Assembly: GCA_964475045.1 (NCBI GenBank)
Contig: CAYYVD010000005.1
Location: 1-32,000, forward strand
Direction: 5' to 3'
DNA: 32,000 nucleotides
From: an uncultured Desulfobacterales bacterium
GTDB lineage: Bacteria; Desulfobacterota; DSM-4660; Desulfatiglandales; HGW-15
Shown piece after piece: positions 24,175 to 32,000 of this stretch. The translations under genes were made by a program, and so were the position numbers. Each line of letters starts with the position of its first letter. Positions within the stretch are counted from its first letter, which is position 1. The notes beneath the pieces are model-generated. The model had not been told where the DNA came from and did not search any database. It was given only the letters and a program-made list of their open reading frames with translations.

Positions 24175-25790
24175 TCCTCCGCGATGAGCTGGTAGCAGTT
24201 GTAGCTGGAGCCGCGCCCGATGGCCGGTCCGCCCGCCACGCCCGAGGAGCACATGTAGAGACCCTTGACGAACGTCCGGAACCCGCCCGGCAGGCCCCTG
24301 AAGCGGCCGCTCTGGCTGCCGCCGCAGTTGCCCTCCGACCATCCTCCCTCCCGCATGTCCAGGTGCGTTTCCTGGATGTCGATGGGCGTGGTGATGCGCT
24401 CCCCGATGAAGTTGTCCTTTTTCATGTTGGGGGCGAACTTCTGCCAGTAGGCGATCATGTTTTCGTAGAACTCGTCGTGGAGGCTCCGCCACTCCTTCCG
24501 GGAAAAGATGCGGGCGGGAGCGGTGAAGTCCTCCACGTGGATGCTGTGCTTCCCTTCGGGCACCCGGGTCTTGTCCCAGATGCTGTCCGGCGCGGTCAGG
24601 AGCAGGAACTTGGAGGGCATGCCGAAGAGGAAGATCTCGTGCATGTACTTGTCCTCCATGAATCCCAAGTCCTTGGGGGCGATGTAGGTCCGCGGCGTAG
24701 CCGCCACGTCGGGATTGTCCTTGGCCGCCTTGTACTCCGGAAGCTCGTGAACCGCGACCGGTCCCCAGAAGAGCTGGGCGCGGTCGAAGAAGTAGGTGTC
24801 CACCTTCCGTTTCATCCGGGTGGTCAGATGATTCTCCCCGATCATGCGCAGGAACAGCTGGGGCGTGGCGTTGTCCGAGACCACCATCTGCTTGGCCTCG
24901 ATCTCCGTCCCGTCCAGGAGCTTGATGCCCTTGGCTTTGCCGTCCTCGATGAGAACCTTGTCCACCTCGGCATTGATGTGATACTCGGCGCCCAGCTTCT
25001 TTCCGGCCGAGACCAGCGCGTCCGTGATGGCCTGGGTCCCGCCCTTGGCGATGGCCGCGGTCTCCCAGCCCAGCACGAGGTGCAGGGTCGCGAAGGTGTA
25101 CATCAGGCCCGGCACGTCGTCCGGGTAGATGCCGCAGGAGGTGAGAAACCCTCTCATGGTGAGGATTCGGAGCTCGTCGCTCTCGAAGAAGTAGTGGGCG
25201 ACCTCCTTGGCGGTCATGAACTGCATGGAGGGATCGATCCCGCTCTTGGGATTGCTCATGAGCTCTTCCAGGGGATCGGGAACCCCGTATGGCGTGGGAA
25301 CGGAGAAGCGGAACCGGTGAAAGGCCGGCCGAATGATCTCCTTGTACTTTTCCGTCCAATCGAGGTAGGCCTCGGCATCGGCCTTGGAAAACCGCGCGAT
25401 CTGGTCGTAGGTCTTCTGCACATTCGTTGCGCTGTATTCCGTCTTTCCCGTTTGGGGGTCCACCACCGGGAAGCCGGCGTAGGCCACGTAGGATGTGCCG
25501 TCATCAAAGATCACGGCCTCGTTGGTGTCGGGAAAGACATACTCCAGGCCCTCCTCCCGCAGGTTGAACTCCTTGTAGGCGGGATGGCCGTAAAAGCGCG
25601 TGAAGTGCGCGCAGAAGTTTCCCCGAAACCCGGGGGCAGGATTGTCGTCAAAGGAAACCGCGCCACCGCCCAGATGATCCAGGCGTTCGAAGACGCCCAC
25701 CTTCAGCCCGGCCTTGGCGAGATATGGGGCAATGATCGTCCCGTGATGGCCTCCCCCGATAACCACCGCATCGTAAGATTTGTCCGCCAT
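24147..25790 (-). CDS. Phytoene-desaturase (CrtI)-family FAD-dependent oxidoreductase
   Basis: 547 aa with YDAVVIGGGHHGTIIAPYLAKAGLKVGVFERLDHLGGG (a Rossmann fold with the GG motif). AGGAGG sits 8 nt upstream. The 3' end overlaps convergent lysR-2 by 28 bp. Confidence 0.85.
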   Translation of the reverse strand: MADKSYDAVVIGGGHHGTIIAPYLAKAGLKVGVFERLDHLGGGAVSFDDNPAPGFRGNFCAHFTRFYGHPAYKEFNLREEGLEYVFPDTNEAVIFDDGTSYVAYAGFPVVDPQTGKTEYSATNVQKTYDQIARFSKADAEAYLDWTEKYKEIIRPAFHRFRFSVPTPYGVPDPLEELMSNPKSGIDPSMQFMTAKEVAHYFFESDELRILTMRGFLTSCGIYPDDVPGLMYTFATLHLVLGWETAAIAKGGTQAITDALVSAGKKLGAEYHINAEVDKVLIEDGKAKGIKLLDGTEIEAKQMVVSDNATPQLFLRMIGENHLTTRMKRKVDTYFFDRAQLFWGPVAVHELPEYKAAKDNPDVAATPRTYIAPKDLGFMEDKYMHEIFLFGMPSKFLLLTAPDSIWDKTRVPEGKHSIHVEDFTAPARIFSRKEWRSLHDEFYENMIAYWQKFAPNMKKDNFIGERITTPIDIQETHLDMREGGWSEGNCGGSQSGRFRGLPGGFRTFVKGLYMCSSGVAGGPAIGRGSSYNCYQLIAEDYGLSKAEF

Positions 25791-25848
25791 CGTGCTGACC
25801 TCCTGTGTTTGGTGAAGATGAAAGAAACTCGGCTTCCAAAGCCGGCGA

Positions 25849-26640
25849 TCATTGGAGCGACCGGAAAACGGCTGCCAGCTTTTCCGCCTTCTCCTCGGGT
25901 GTGCCTTCGATCCACTCGCACGCTCGTGTCATGTCCGGCGGGGAAGAAAGCTCGACGATCTCCATTTTTCGCAGAGACTCCGGGGCCGAGACGAAATCCT
26001 CGCTGTCCCAGGAGGGAATGGAGGCCGTACCGCGCATCATTTTCATCATGCGGGTCCTGGAGATGTAGCGCAACTCGCCCACCTCGTTGCTGACGGTGAC
26101 GAGGGCGGGCATCTCGGCCCGGACCTGTTCATACCCCACGGGTACGCTCTTTTTCACCAGCACACGCCCGTCCTCGACCTTGATCTCACGGGCGAGCGGA
26201 ATGCAGGCAAGGTCCAGCATCTCCGCCAGGATCAGGCCCACCTGACCTGAGTCCCAGTCCCCGGCCTGCCTGCCGGTGAGAATCAGGTCGAACGTGCCGA
26301 CCTTCCGGACGGCGTCCGCCAGGACGGCGGCCACGGAATGACTGTCGAGCTTGTCAAAGGCGTTGTCCTGCATGAGGATGAGCTCGTCGGCGCCGGCGGC
26401 CAGGCTCTTTCTCAGGACGGTGTCCGAGACCCGCTTGCCCAGGCTCAAGACGGTGACCTTGCCGCCGACCTCCTCCTGAATTTGAAGCGCGGCCTCCAGG
26501 GCGTTCTCATCGAAAGGGTTGATGACCATGGGCGCGTCGACGATCACCTCCCTGTTGTCTGCATCCACGCTCACGTCGGACAGGGGCGCTTCAGGGTCGG
26601 GAATCTGTTTGGCACAGACGATGATGTTGAGCTCTTTCAT
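25849..26640 (-). CDS. etfB: Electron-transfer flavoprotein beta subunit
   Basis: 263 aa with NIIVCAKQIPDPEAP and VINPFDENALEAAL. An ATGA overlap joins it to the etfA stop. Confidence 0.9.
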   Translation of the reverse strand: MKELNIIVCAKQIPDPEAPLSDVSVDADNREVIVDAPMVINPFDENALEAALQIQEEVGGKVTVLSLGKRVSDTVLRKSLAAGADELILMQDNAFDKLDSHSVAAVLADAVRKVGTFDLILTGRQAGDWDSGQVGLILAEMLDLACIPLAREIKVEDGRVLVKKSVPVGYEQVRAEMPALVTVSNEVGELRYISRTRMMKMMRGTASIPSWDSEDFVSAPESLRKMEIVELSSPPDMTRACEWIEGTPEEKAEKLAAVFRSLQ

Positions 26641-27626
26641 GACATCTCCTCCAGCTTTTCCACGAGGGCCGGGATGACCTTTTCGAAATCCTCAACGACG
26701 CCGTAATCGGAGACCTTGAACATGTTGCAGCCCGAATCCGTGTTGATGGTGATGATTTTTTTGGACTGAATCATGCCGACCAGGTGCTGGATGGCACCCG
26801 AGATCCCAACGGCCACATAAATGTCCGGGCTGATCATGCTCCCGGTGAGGCCCACCTGGTGATCGGACGAGATCCATCCCTTGTCCACGGCCACCCTGCT
26901 GCAACCGATCATCACCTTACCGAAGGATTTGCCCAGCGCGTCTGCAAGCTCCTGAAGGGTTTCGAATCCCTCCTCGTCGTCCAGCCCGGCGCCGCCGGCG
27001 ACCACCACGTTTGCGCTGTCCAGAGAGACGATGTCCTCGCGAACCACCTCGAGGGACTCCACCCGGTTCATGGACGCATCGAGCTCCGGTGCCAGATTCA
27101 CGATCTCGGGGCTTCCGTCCCTGCGCGCCGCAGGTTCGAAGACATTCCCCCTCACCGTCACCAGCTGGGGTGAACCCGGGCACTTGAAGACGGAGATGGC
27201 GTTTCCGCCGGAGACCGGCTTGGTGCGCAGCAAAAGCCCGTCACCGGAATCGACGGCGAGATCAATGCAGTCGGTGGTCAGGCGGGTGTTCAGGCGGTAG
27301 GCCAGTCTCGGGGCCAGCTCCATGCCCTTGGGGCCGTGGCCCATCAGAAGGATCTTCGGCTGGATGGTCTTGCAGGCCTGCTCCAGTGCGGCGAGCCACA
27401 GGTCCGGGGCGAATGCTTTCAGGAGGGGGTGCTCGAGCTTGTACACACGGCCCGTCCCGTACGCGGCAACCTGCTCGGCCGCCGATGAAACCGCATCCCC
27501 CAGGAGGGCGATGGAAAGCCCCGCCTCCAGCTCGTCGGACAGCTTTCTGCCGACGGACAGCAGCTCGAGGGTCCTCGTGTCCGGCGATCCCTCATTCACT
27601 TCTCCCAGCACAAGCACATCCCTCAT
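26637..27626 (-). CDS. etfA: Electron-transfer flavoprotein alpha subunit
   Basis: 329 aa with the C-terminal FAD-binding region VVAGGAGL...SSDHQVGLTGSMISPDIYVAVGISGAIQHLVGM. Confidence 0.9.
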   Translation of the reverse strand: MRDVLVLGEVNEGSPDTRTLELLSVGRKLSDELEAGLSIALLGDAVSSAAEQVAAYGTGRVYKLEHPLLKAFAPDLWLAALEQACKTIQPKILLMGHGPKGMELAPRLAYRLNTRLTTDCIDLAVDSGDGLLLRTKPVSGGNAISVFKCPGSPQLVTVRGNVFEPAARRDGSPEIVNLAPELDASMNRVESLEVVREDIVSLDSANVVVAGGAGLDDEEGFETLQELADALGKSFGKVMIGCSRVAVDKGWISSDHQVGLTGSMISPDIYVAVGISGAIQHLVGMIQSKKIITINTDSGCNMFKVSDYGVVEDFEKVIPALVEKLEEMS

Positions 27627-29167
27627 CCTCTCCTCCTTCCAATGACTCCAAAACCAGCTCGTTGAGGTCCATGACCCGAAGGGTTTCGTTCAGGCCGGCC
27701 GCTTTGCGGGCGTCTTCCATCATGATGCGGCACAGGGGGCACGCTGTGACGAGGATCTGTGCGCCGGTGGCCTCGGCCTCCCGAATGCGGACCCCGCTCG
27801 CCCGTCCTTCGAGCGATGTCCCCGCAGCAGGGCTCTTTCTTCCCGAGGATGCCGAAGGAGACTTCGGCCGACTGGAGGATGGCCGCGAACGAGCGCCCGA
27901 TCCCCTGTGCCGTGTCGTCGAACGAGGTGGTGCATCCCACGAAGTAGCACAGATCGGCCTCCGCGCCCCGCTTGGTGAGATCCACCAGCTCCAACCCCTC
28001 CGCCCAGGCGCCGCGCTGTTTTTTGGAGGACTCCCAGGGGTTGTCGTATTTGAACACCCGTTCCAGGGTCTGGTTCATGAGCTTGGGAACACCGGTTCCC
28101 TCCTCCACGGCGAGGATCCGCTGCTTGGCCACGGCTTCGAATGGCGCCCCGTACACCGGGCAGACCTCCAGACAGGCCCGGCACGTGGTGCAGTACCAGA
28201 GCGTCTCGTCCTCCGGAGGCGCTCCGCCTCGGCCCAGGACCTGAAGATTCCCCCACGGGGAGTGCTCCTGCCATACGGCCCGGCGCATGGCCTGGACGAA
28301 CTCCCGGGGTGCGAAAGGCTCGCCGGCTCCGGCCGAAGGGCAGGCGGCCACGCAGCGACCACACCGCATGCACGCGTCGAAGAAAACCACGTCCCCCAGG
28401 TCAAAGGCGCCCGCACCTTCCTCTACGCCCAGGACGGCCGGTTGGACGATGCCCTGAACGTAGATTCCGACGGGGGCACTCAGGACGTGAAAGAGCTTGG
28501 TGAAGGGGATCGCCGCGATGAAGCCCAGGCTCAGGAGGGCGTGTCCCCACCAGAACGCGGAATAGACGCCCTCAGCCGCGGCAAGGGGGAAGAGCGAGGC
28601 CGTCCACGCGCCCGCAAAAGACCAGCCGGCCCAAGGAGGCTTCTGGATTGTCAGCCGAAGCCCCTCCACGAAAAACCCGGAGAGCCCGATCAGGAGTAGC
28701 CAGGAGGGCACCAGGGCATCCTCCGGACGCCTTTCGAGCCGGGGGACACGCTGGAGGTATCGGCGGATCAAGGCCCACAGCACGCCGGACAGGAGCATGA
28801 GCCCTCCCGCCTCCAGCACGGCGGAGTAGACCAGGTAGGTCGTGCCCATCAGGTAGGAGAACCCATAGTCGTGGACGAAGAGGAGGGTGGTGCCGATGAA
28901 CAGGATCAGGAAACCCCAGAAGATCAGGAGGTGCATGAGGCCGGCGGCAATCTCGCCCTGAAGCAGGCGCCGTCCGAGAAGGGCGTCCAGAAGGGCCGTC
29001 TTGAGGGCGTTCCCGAAAAAGGCGACCTTCAGCAACCCGGCGCCGTGTTTCCACACTCGAAGGTGGGCGGCGATTCCAGCCAAGAACAGCCCGGCGGCCA
29101 GGGCCGTCAGCAGGTAGAAGATCCAGACACCTTCGATCTGCCAGAACATCTCGCGATGGGGTGTCAT
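27592..29167 (-). pseudogene. Membrane-bound Fe-S (2x[4Fe-4S] + CCG-domain) oxidoreductase of the ETF-associated type, interrupted by a 1-nt frameshift
   Basis: The N-terminus has about 6 predicted TM helices, followed by CMRCGRCVAACP, CTTCRACLEVCP and CYFVGC...EPCCG. After the CCG motif the annotated frame turns into an R/G/P-rich tail ending at 27623. Dropping one G from the G4 run (27820-27823) restores TSLEGRASGVRIREAEATGAQILVTACPLCRIMMEDARKAAGLNETLRVMDLNELV..., which ends at 27592. Confidence 0.75.
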
Positions 29168-29258
29168 GAAGGGTCTCCGGCACTGGTTCGGTCCGGGAGA
29201 GCCGTGGAAAAGCCCGGGCCACAGGATACAGGAGATATTCGTTGGGAGTTTGTCGAGT

Positions 29259-29300
29259 TGTCAAAGCAATTGATTTTATGTTTGCATAAGCTTTTCTTAT
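29259..29300 (-). promoter_or_regulatory. LysR operator plus -35 module, copy C (upstream of the Fe-S oxidoreductase/etf/CrtI-like operon)
   Basis: The dyad is ATAAGcttttCTTAT (29286-29300). TGTCAA (29259-29264) reads TTGACA on the minus strand, 21 nt away. On the minus strand, TTGACA, N18 and GAATAT follow. The module is about 77% identical to copy B over about 50 bp, and the dyad overlaps the stop codon of the Mo-enzyme gene. Confidence 0.65.
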
Positions 29301-31354
29301 GTCATCGGAGGGCAAGTCGGCTGGAGCCTTCGAATGCGGCACCCGAGGGACTTGAGGTTGGGGAACCCGGACACGGGATCCAGCTCCTGCAGACCGGTCA
29401 GCTCGTTGGCGTTGGCCTCCTCCCAGCCCTGGGGCACGTGGATCGTGCCGGGCAGAATGCGCTGCGTCAGACGCGCCGCCAGACGAATGCGGCCGAAAGC
29501 GGTCTCGATCTCCGCCGGGTCCCCGTCGGAAAGGCCGCAGGAGGAGGCGGTGTCCGGATGGATGTCGAAGAAAGGGCTGGGGGACATGCGGCGGAGCTTC
29601 GGGATGTGGCGGAACTGCCAGTGCGTGTAAGGAAGCAGGTTGCCGCCGGTGGTCAGGAGGAGCGGGAAGGCCGCCTGGGAGCCGGCCACTCCGCCGGCCT
29701 CGTAAAGGGCGAAAGCCGGGGCCGAGCTCGTTTCTCCAAGCCGGTCCGGGTCAATCTGCACCCGGCCTGTGGGTGTCGCGAATCCGGCGGTCTCGAACTT
29801 CCGATACCGCGTCTCGTCGTAAGAAAACATCCCCCCGCGGGAAACCAACTCCCGATAGGTGACACCAGCTTCCTCGAGCAGATCGTCGATCCCCTCCTCG
29901 CAGCTCTTCCAGGGGAAGTAGGATCCCATTCCCATACGCTCTGCGAGTTTCACCCAGATCATCTGGTCGGGAAGCCCGAACACCGGTTCCACCACGCGTT
30001 GCCTCAAGGTGATATACGGGAGGTTCTGATAGACGTTGACGCGGTGCTCGTCCCGTTCCAGGAACGTGCATGCGGGAAGGACCACGTGGGCGTATCTGCA
30101 GTCCGGGGAATCCACCACGTCGATGACGAGGAAAACGTCCAGGTTCCGCAGCGTCTGGCGGATCCGGCCGCTGTCGGGCCACTCCATGGTGACGTTCCCG
30201 CCGGCCACGATCAATCCTTTGACGGGGTAGGGGTTCCCTTCCAGGACGGCCTGGGGCAGCGCCAGGGCGTGAGCCTCCTTGCGAGCCCGGCACAGGAGCG
30301 GGAACCGATCCGAGCCGACGGGGGACGCCTCGGGGACGGGCAGGGGCGAGGTGATGTCGCTCATCTTGGGCCGGGGGGTGAAGAGATCCCCCCCTCGAAT
30401 GTCCAGGTTGCCGGTGGCAGCCTTCAGAAGGGCCACAAGCCGCATGGTGTGAACCCCCCGAGGGTGGTGCTCCAGGCCGTTGCCGGTCAGAACGCCGGCG
30501 GGTTTCGCGGCGGCATAGGCCCTGGCCGCCCGGCGCACCAGATCCGGGGCAAGGCCCGTCGCGGCTTCCCCGGCTTCGGGAGAAAACCGTTCCTCCGCGG
30601 CGATTCGGGCGAACCGATTCCACTCCGGAACCCATCGGTTTACAAACGGTTCGTCCCAGAGCCTGTCCCGGACGAGGACGTGGAGCATGTTCAAGACGAG
30701 GACTTCGTCCCGTCCCGGACGGACCGGCAGGTGGAGGTCCGCCTGAGCGGCGGTCTCTGTCCTCCGCGGGTCGATCACGACCAGCTGGGCTCCCCGTTTT
30801 CGGAGACGGCCGAGCTCCCTTGGCGGGTAAGGCTCGTGAGAGACCATGGGGTTGGCCCCCCACACCATCAGGAATCGCGTGTGCGGGATGTCCGGCTTGG
30901 TCAGTCCTCCGAAGGTGAGCACCTCGGCCAGGGTTCGGGCGGCGTTGCAGAGCGACCCCACACCCATGAAGTTCGGCGTCCCGTACACATTGGCAAAGCG
31001 TTTCATGTAGGCCTTGATTTCCTGATGGCCCACTCCTTCGCCGTGGTAGACGGCTAAACCTTCGGCTCCGTGTCGTTCCCGAATGGACAAGAGCCTCTCC
31101 GCGGCTGTGTCGAGGGCTTCTTCCCAGGTGGCGGGCACGAGGCGCCCTTTCGAGCGGATCAGCGGAGAGGTGAGCCTGTTGGGAGCGTTGAACAGGTCCA
31201 GGGCCCTTCGTCCCTTGGCGCAAAGCCAGCCCTTGTTGAAGGGGTGCTTCCGGTTTCCTCTCACGGCCACGGGCCGGCCGTCTGCGACCGTGACCTCCAT
31301 GCCGCATCCGTGGTCGCACATCCTGCAGAGGGTTGGGACGGTAAGGGGCTCCAT
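29297..31354 (-). CDS. Cytoplasmic molybdopterin (Mo/W-bisPGD, DMSO-reductase superfamily) oxidoreductase, catalytic subunit only
   Basis: About 685 aa from ATG 31354. CRMCDHGCGMEV...WLCAKG is the N-terminal [4Fe-4S] motif. GVGSLCNAART is a candidate Cys metal ligand. No twin-arginine signal is present and there is no adjacent Fe-S or membrane partner gene. Confidence 0.85.
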   Translation of the reverse strand: MEPLTVPTLCRMCDHGCGMEVTVADGRPVAVRGNRKHPFNKGWLCAKGRRALDLFNAPNRLTSPLIRSKGRLVPATWEEALDTAAERLLSIRERHGAEGLAVYHGEGVGHQEIKAYMKRFANVYGTPNFMGVGSLCNAARTLAEVLTFGGLTKPDIPHTRFLMVWGANPMVSHEPYPPRELGRLRKRGAQLVVIDPRRTETAAQADLHLPVRPGRDEVLVLNMLHVLVRDRLWDEPFVNRWVPEWNRFARIAAEERFSPEAGEAATGLAPDLVRRAARAYAAAKPAGVLTGNGLEHHPRGVHTMRLVALLKAATGNLDIRGGDLFTPRPKMSDITSPLPVPEASPVGSDRFPLLCRARKEAHALALPQAVLEGNPYPVKGLIVAGGNVTMEWPDSGRIRQTLRNLDVFLVIDVVDSPDCRYAHVVLPACTFLERDEHRVNVYQNLPYITLRQRVVEPVFGLPDQMIWVKLAERMGMGSYFPWKSCEEGIDDLLEEAGVTYRELVSRGGMFSYDETRYRKFETAGFATPTGRVQIDPDRLGETSSAPAFALYEAGGVAGSQAAFPLLLTTGGNLLPYTHWQFRHIPKLRRMSPSPFFDIHPDTASSCGLSDGDPAEIETAFGRIRLAARLTQRILPGTIHVPQGWEEANANELTGLQELDPVSGFPNLKSLGCRIRRLQPTCPPMT

Positions 31355-31570
31355 GCTTCCTTGGCTCCAGGTGTTGCGCTGACCGCCCGCCTCGAAATGC
31401 ATGCGTCGGAGGCTTTTGTGAGGCGGATCTTTCCCATGGCGGGCTCCACGGGGAAATGAATTCGCCGGGGAAAATCGACCGTTGTTGTGTCAAAGATAGC
31501 CGAGGACCGATTCTCGTGTCAATCCGGTGGGAGCGGCGTGTAAGGCGCTTCGAAAAAGCGGAGTCGCTTC

Positions 31571-31599
31571 TTGACAAATGGGGCCGCAAGAGGAATCAT
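31571..31599 (+). promoter_or_regulatory. Sigma70-like promoter candidate for the downstream membrane-protein gene
   Basis: TTGACA (31571-31576), a 17-nt spacer and AATCAT (31594-31599), located about 35 nt before the AAGGAGG RBS. Confidence 0.45.
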
Positions 31600-31631
31600 G
31601 CGCAGGCCGTTCCGGCGGAAGGAGGTGCTTC

Positions 31632-32000
31632 GTGCCCAACATCGGTCCCAAGGGTCAGAGGTGGCTCAAGATCGCCCACGTTCTGTTCGCCTGCATGTGG
31701 GTGGGGGGCAGTGTTGCGCTGACCATCATGGTCTGGTGGGTGGCCGCCTCGGACGGCATGGAGCTCTACGGCAAGCTCGCCGCCATGAAACTCGTGGACG
31801 ACGCGGTCATCATTCCCGGGGCCAACGGCATGCTGCTGACCGGTCTCCTGTACTCCCTCTTCACCCGGTGGGGCTGGTTCAAGCACCGGTGGATCACGGT
31901 CAAGTGGTGCATCAACCTATACGGGGTGCTCTTCGGGACCTTTTTCCTCGGACCCTGGCTCAACGCCTTGCCGCCCATTGCGCGGGAGGAGGGGCTGGGC
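31632..32000 (+). CDS. Integral membrane protein of unknown function (5' partial view, runs off window)
   Basis: The GTG start has AAGGAGGT 5 nt upstream. The frame stays open to the window end and encodes VPNIGPKGQRWLKIAHVLFACMWVGGSVALTIMVWW... with at least 3 hydrophobic helices. It is absent from the ORF track, presumably because no stop lies in the window. Confidence 0.7.
   Translation, partial: MPNIGPKGQRWLKIAHVLFACMWVGGSVALTIMVWWVAASDGMELYGKLAAMKLVDDAVIIPGANGMLLTGLLYSLFTRWGWFKHRWITVKWCINLYGVLFGTFFLGPWLNALPPIAREEGLG

Noticed and set aside
31488-31522. Two further TGTCAA hexamers (31488-31493 and 31517-31522) upstream of the Mo/W-bisPGD gene, considered as a fourth LysR module.
   Set aside because: No ATAAG-N5-CTTAT dyad lies at the expected 21-22 nt offset and the -10 candidates are poor. 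They may still be -35 boxes, but the evidence is too thin to call.
1-32000. Looked for CRISPR arrays, tRNA/rRNA genes, transposases/integrases, IS inverted repeats and toxin-antitoxin or defence-system genes.
   Set aside because: I found no regularly spaced repeats, no cloverleaf-like or rRNA-like segments beyond the 14-mer above, and no ORF with recombinase, nuclease or defence motifs. The decay tract shows deletions but no recognisable mobile-element scars.

Overview
High-GC (~60-65%) bacterial window, about 85% coding, with most genes on the minus strand. The gene content looks like an anaerobic aromatic-compound catabolic island from an obligate anaerobe; the taxon is only guessed from content and composition.

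Three blocks are visible.

(1) 152-12953 (-): a phenol/aniline-type activation string. It runs split PEP-synthase-like synthase pair (PpsA-like 620 aa, PpsB-like 356 aa), one UbiD-family (de)carboxylase, an embedded stand-alone receiver protein, a DhbE-like aryl-CoA ligase, a UPF0261/Tm-1-like ATP-binding protein overlapping ubiX, then a three-subunit xanthine-dehydrogenase-family enzyme (FAD, 2Fe-2S, Moco). A divergent LysR gene sits upstream.

(2) 15138-19548 (-): a second, more divergent PpsAB-like pair followed by an internally duplicated 219-aa alpha+beta-barrel-like protein and a DUF89 phosphatase. This is my best candidate for an undescribed module.

(3) 22154-31354 (-): a second LysR regulator diverges from an SDR gene. 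Beyond it lie a CrtI-like flavoenzyme, EtfBA, a membrane Fe-S (CCG) oxidoreductase and a cytoplasmic Mo/W-bisPGD oxidoreductase.

Between blocks 2 and 3 (19.8-22.4 kb) is a tract of decayed genes:
- an AOR-family gene with an in-frame deletion of about 100 aa;
- a ferredoxin with a frameshift and an in-frame TGA at a Cys position;
- an HdrC/HdrA chimeric remnant;
- an SDR with two compensating frameshifts.

A conserved operator-promoter module (ATAAG-N5-CTTAT plus TTGACA at fixed spacing) occurs three times.

No rRNA, tRNA, CRISPR or transposase was recognised. All functional calls rest on motifs read by eye; no database search was possible.
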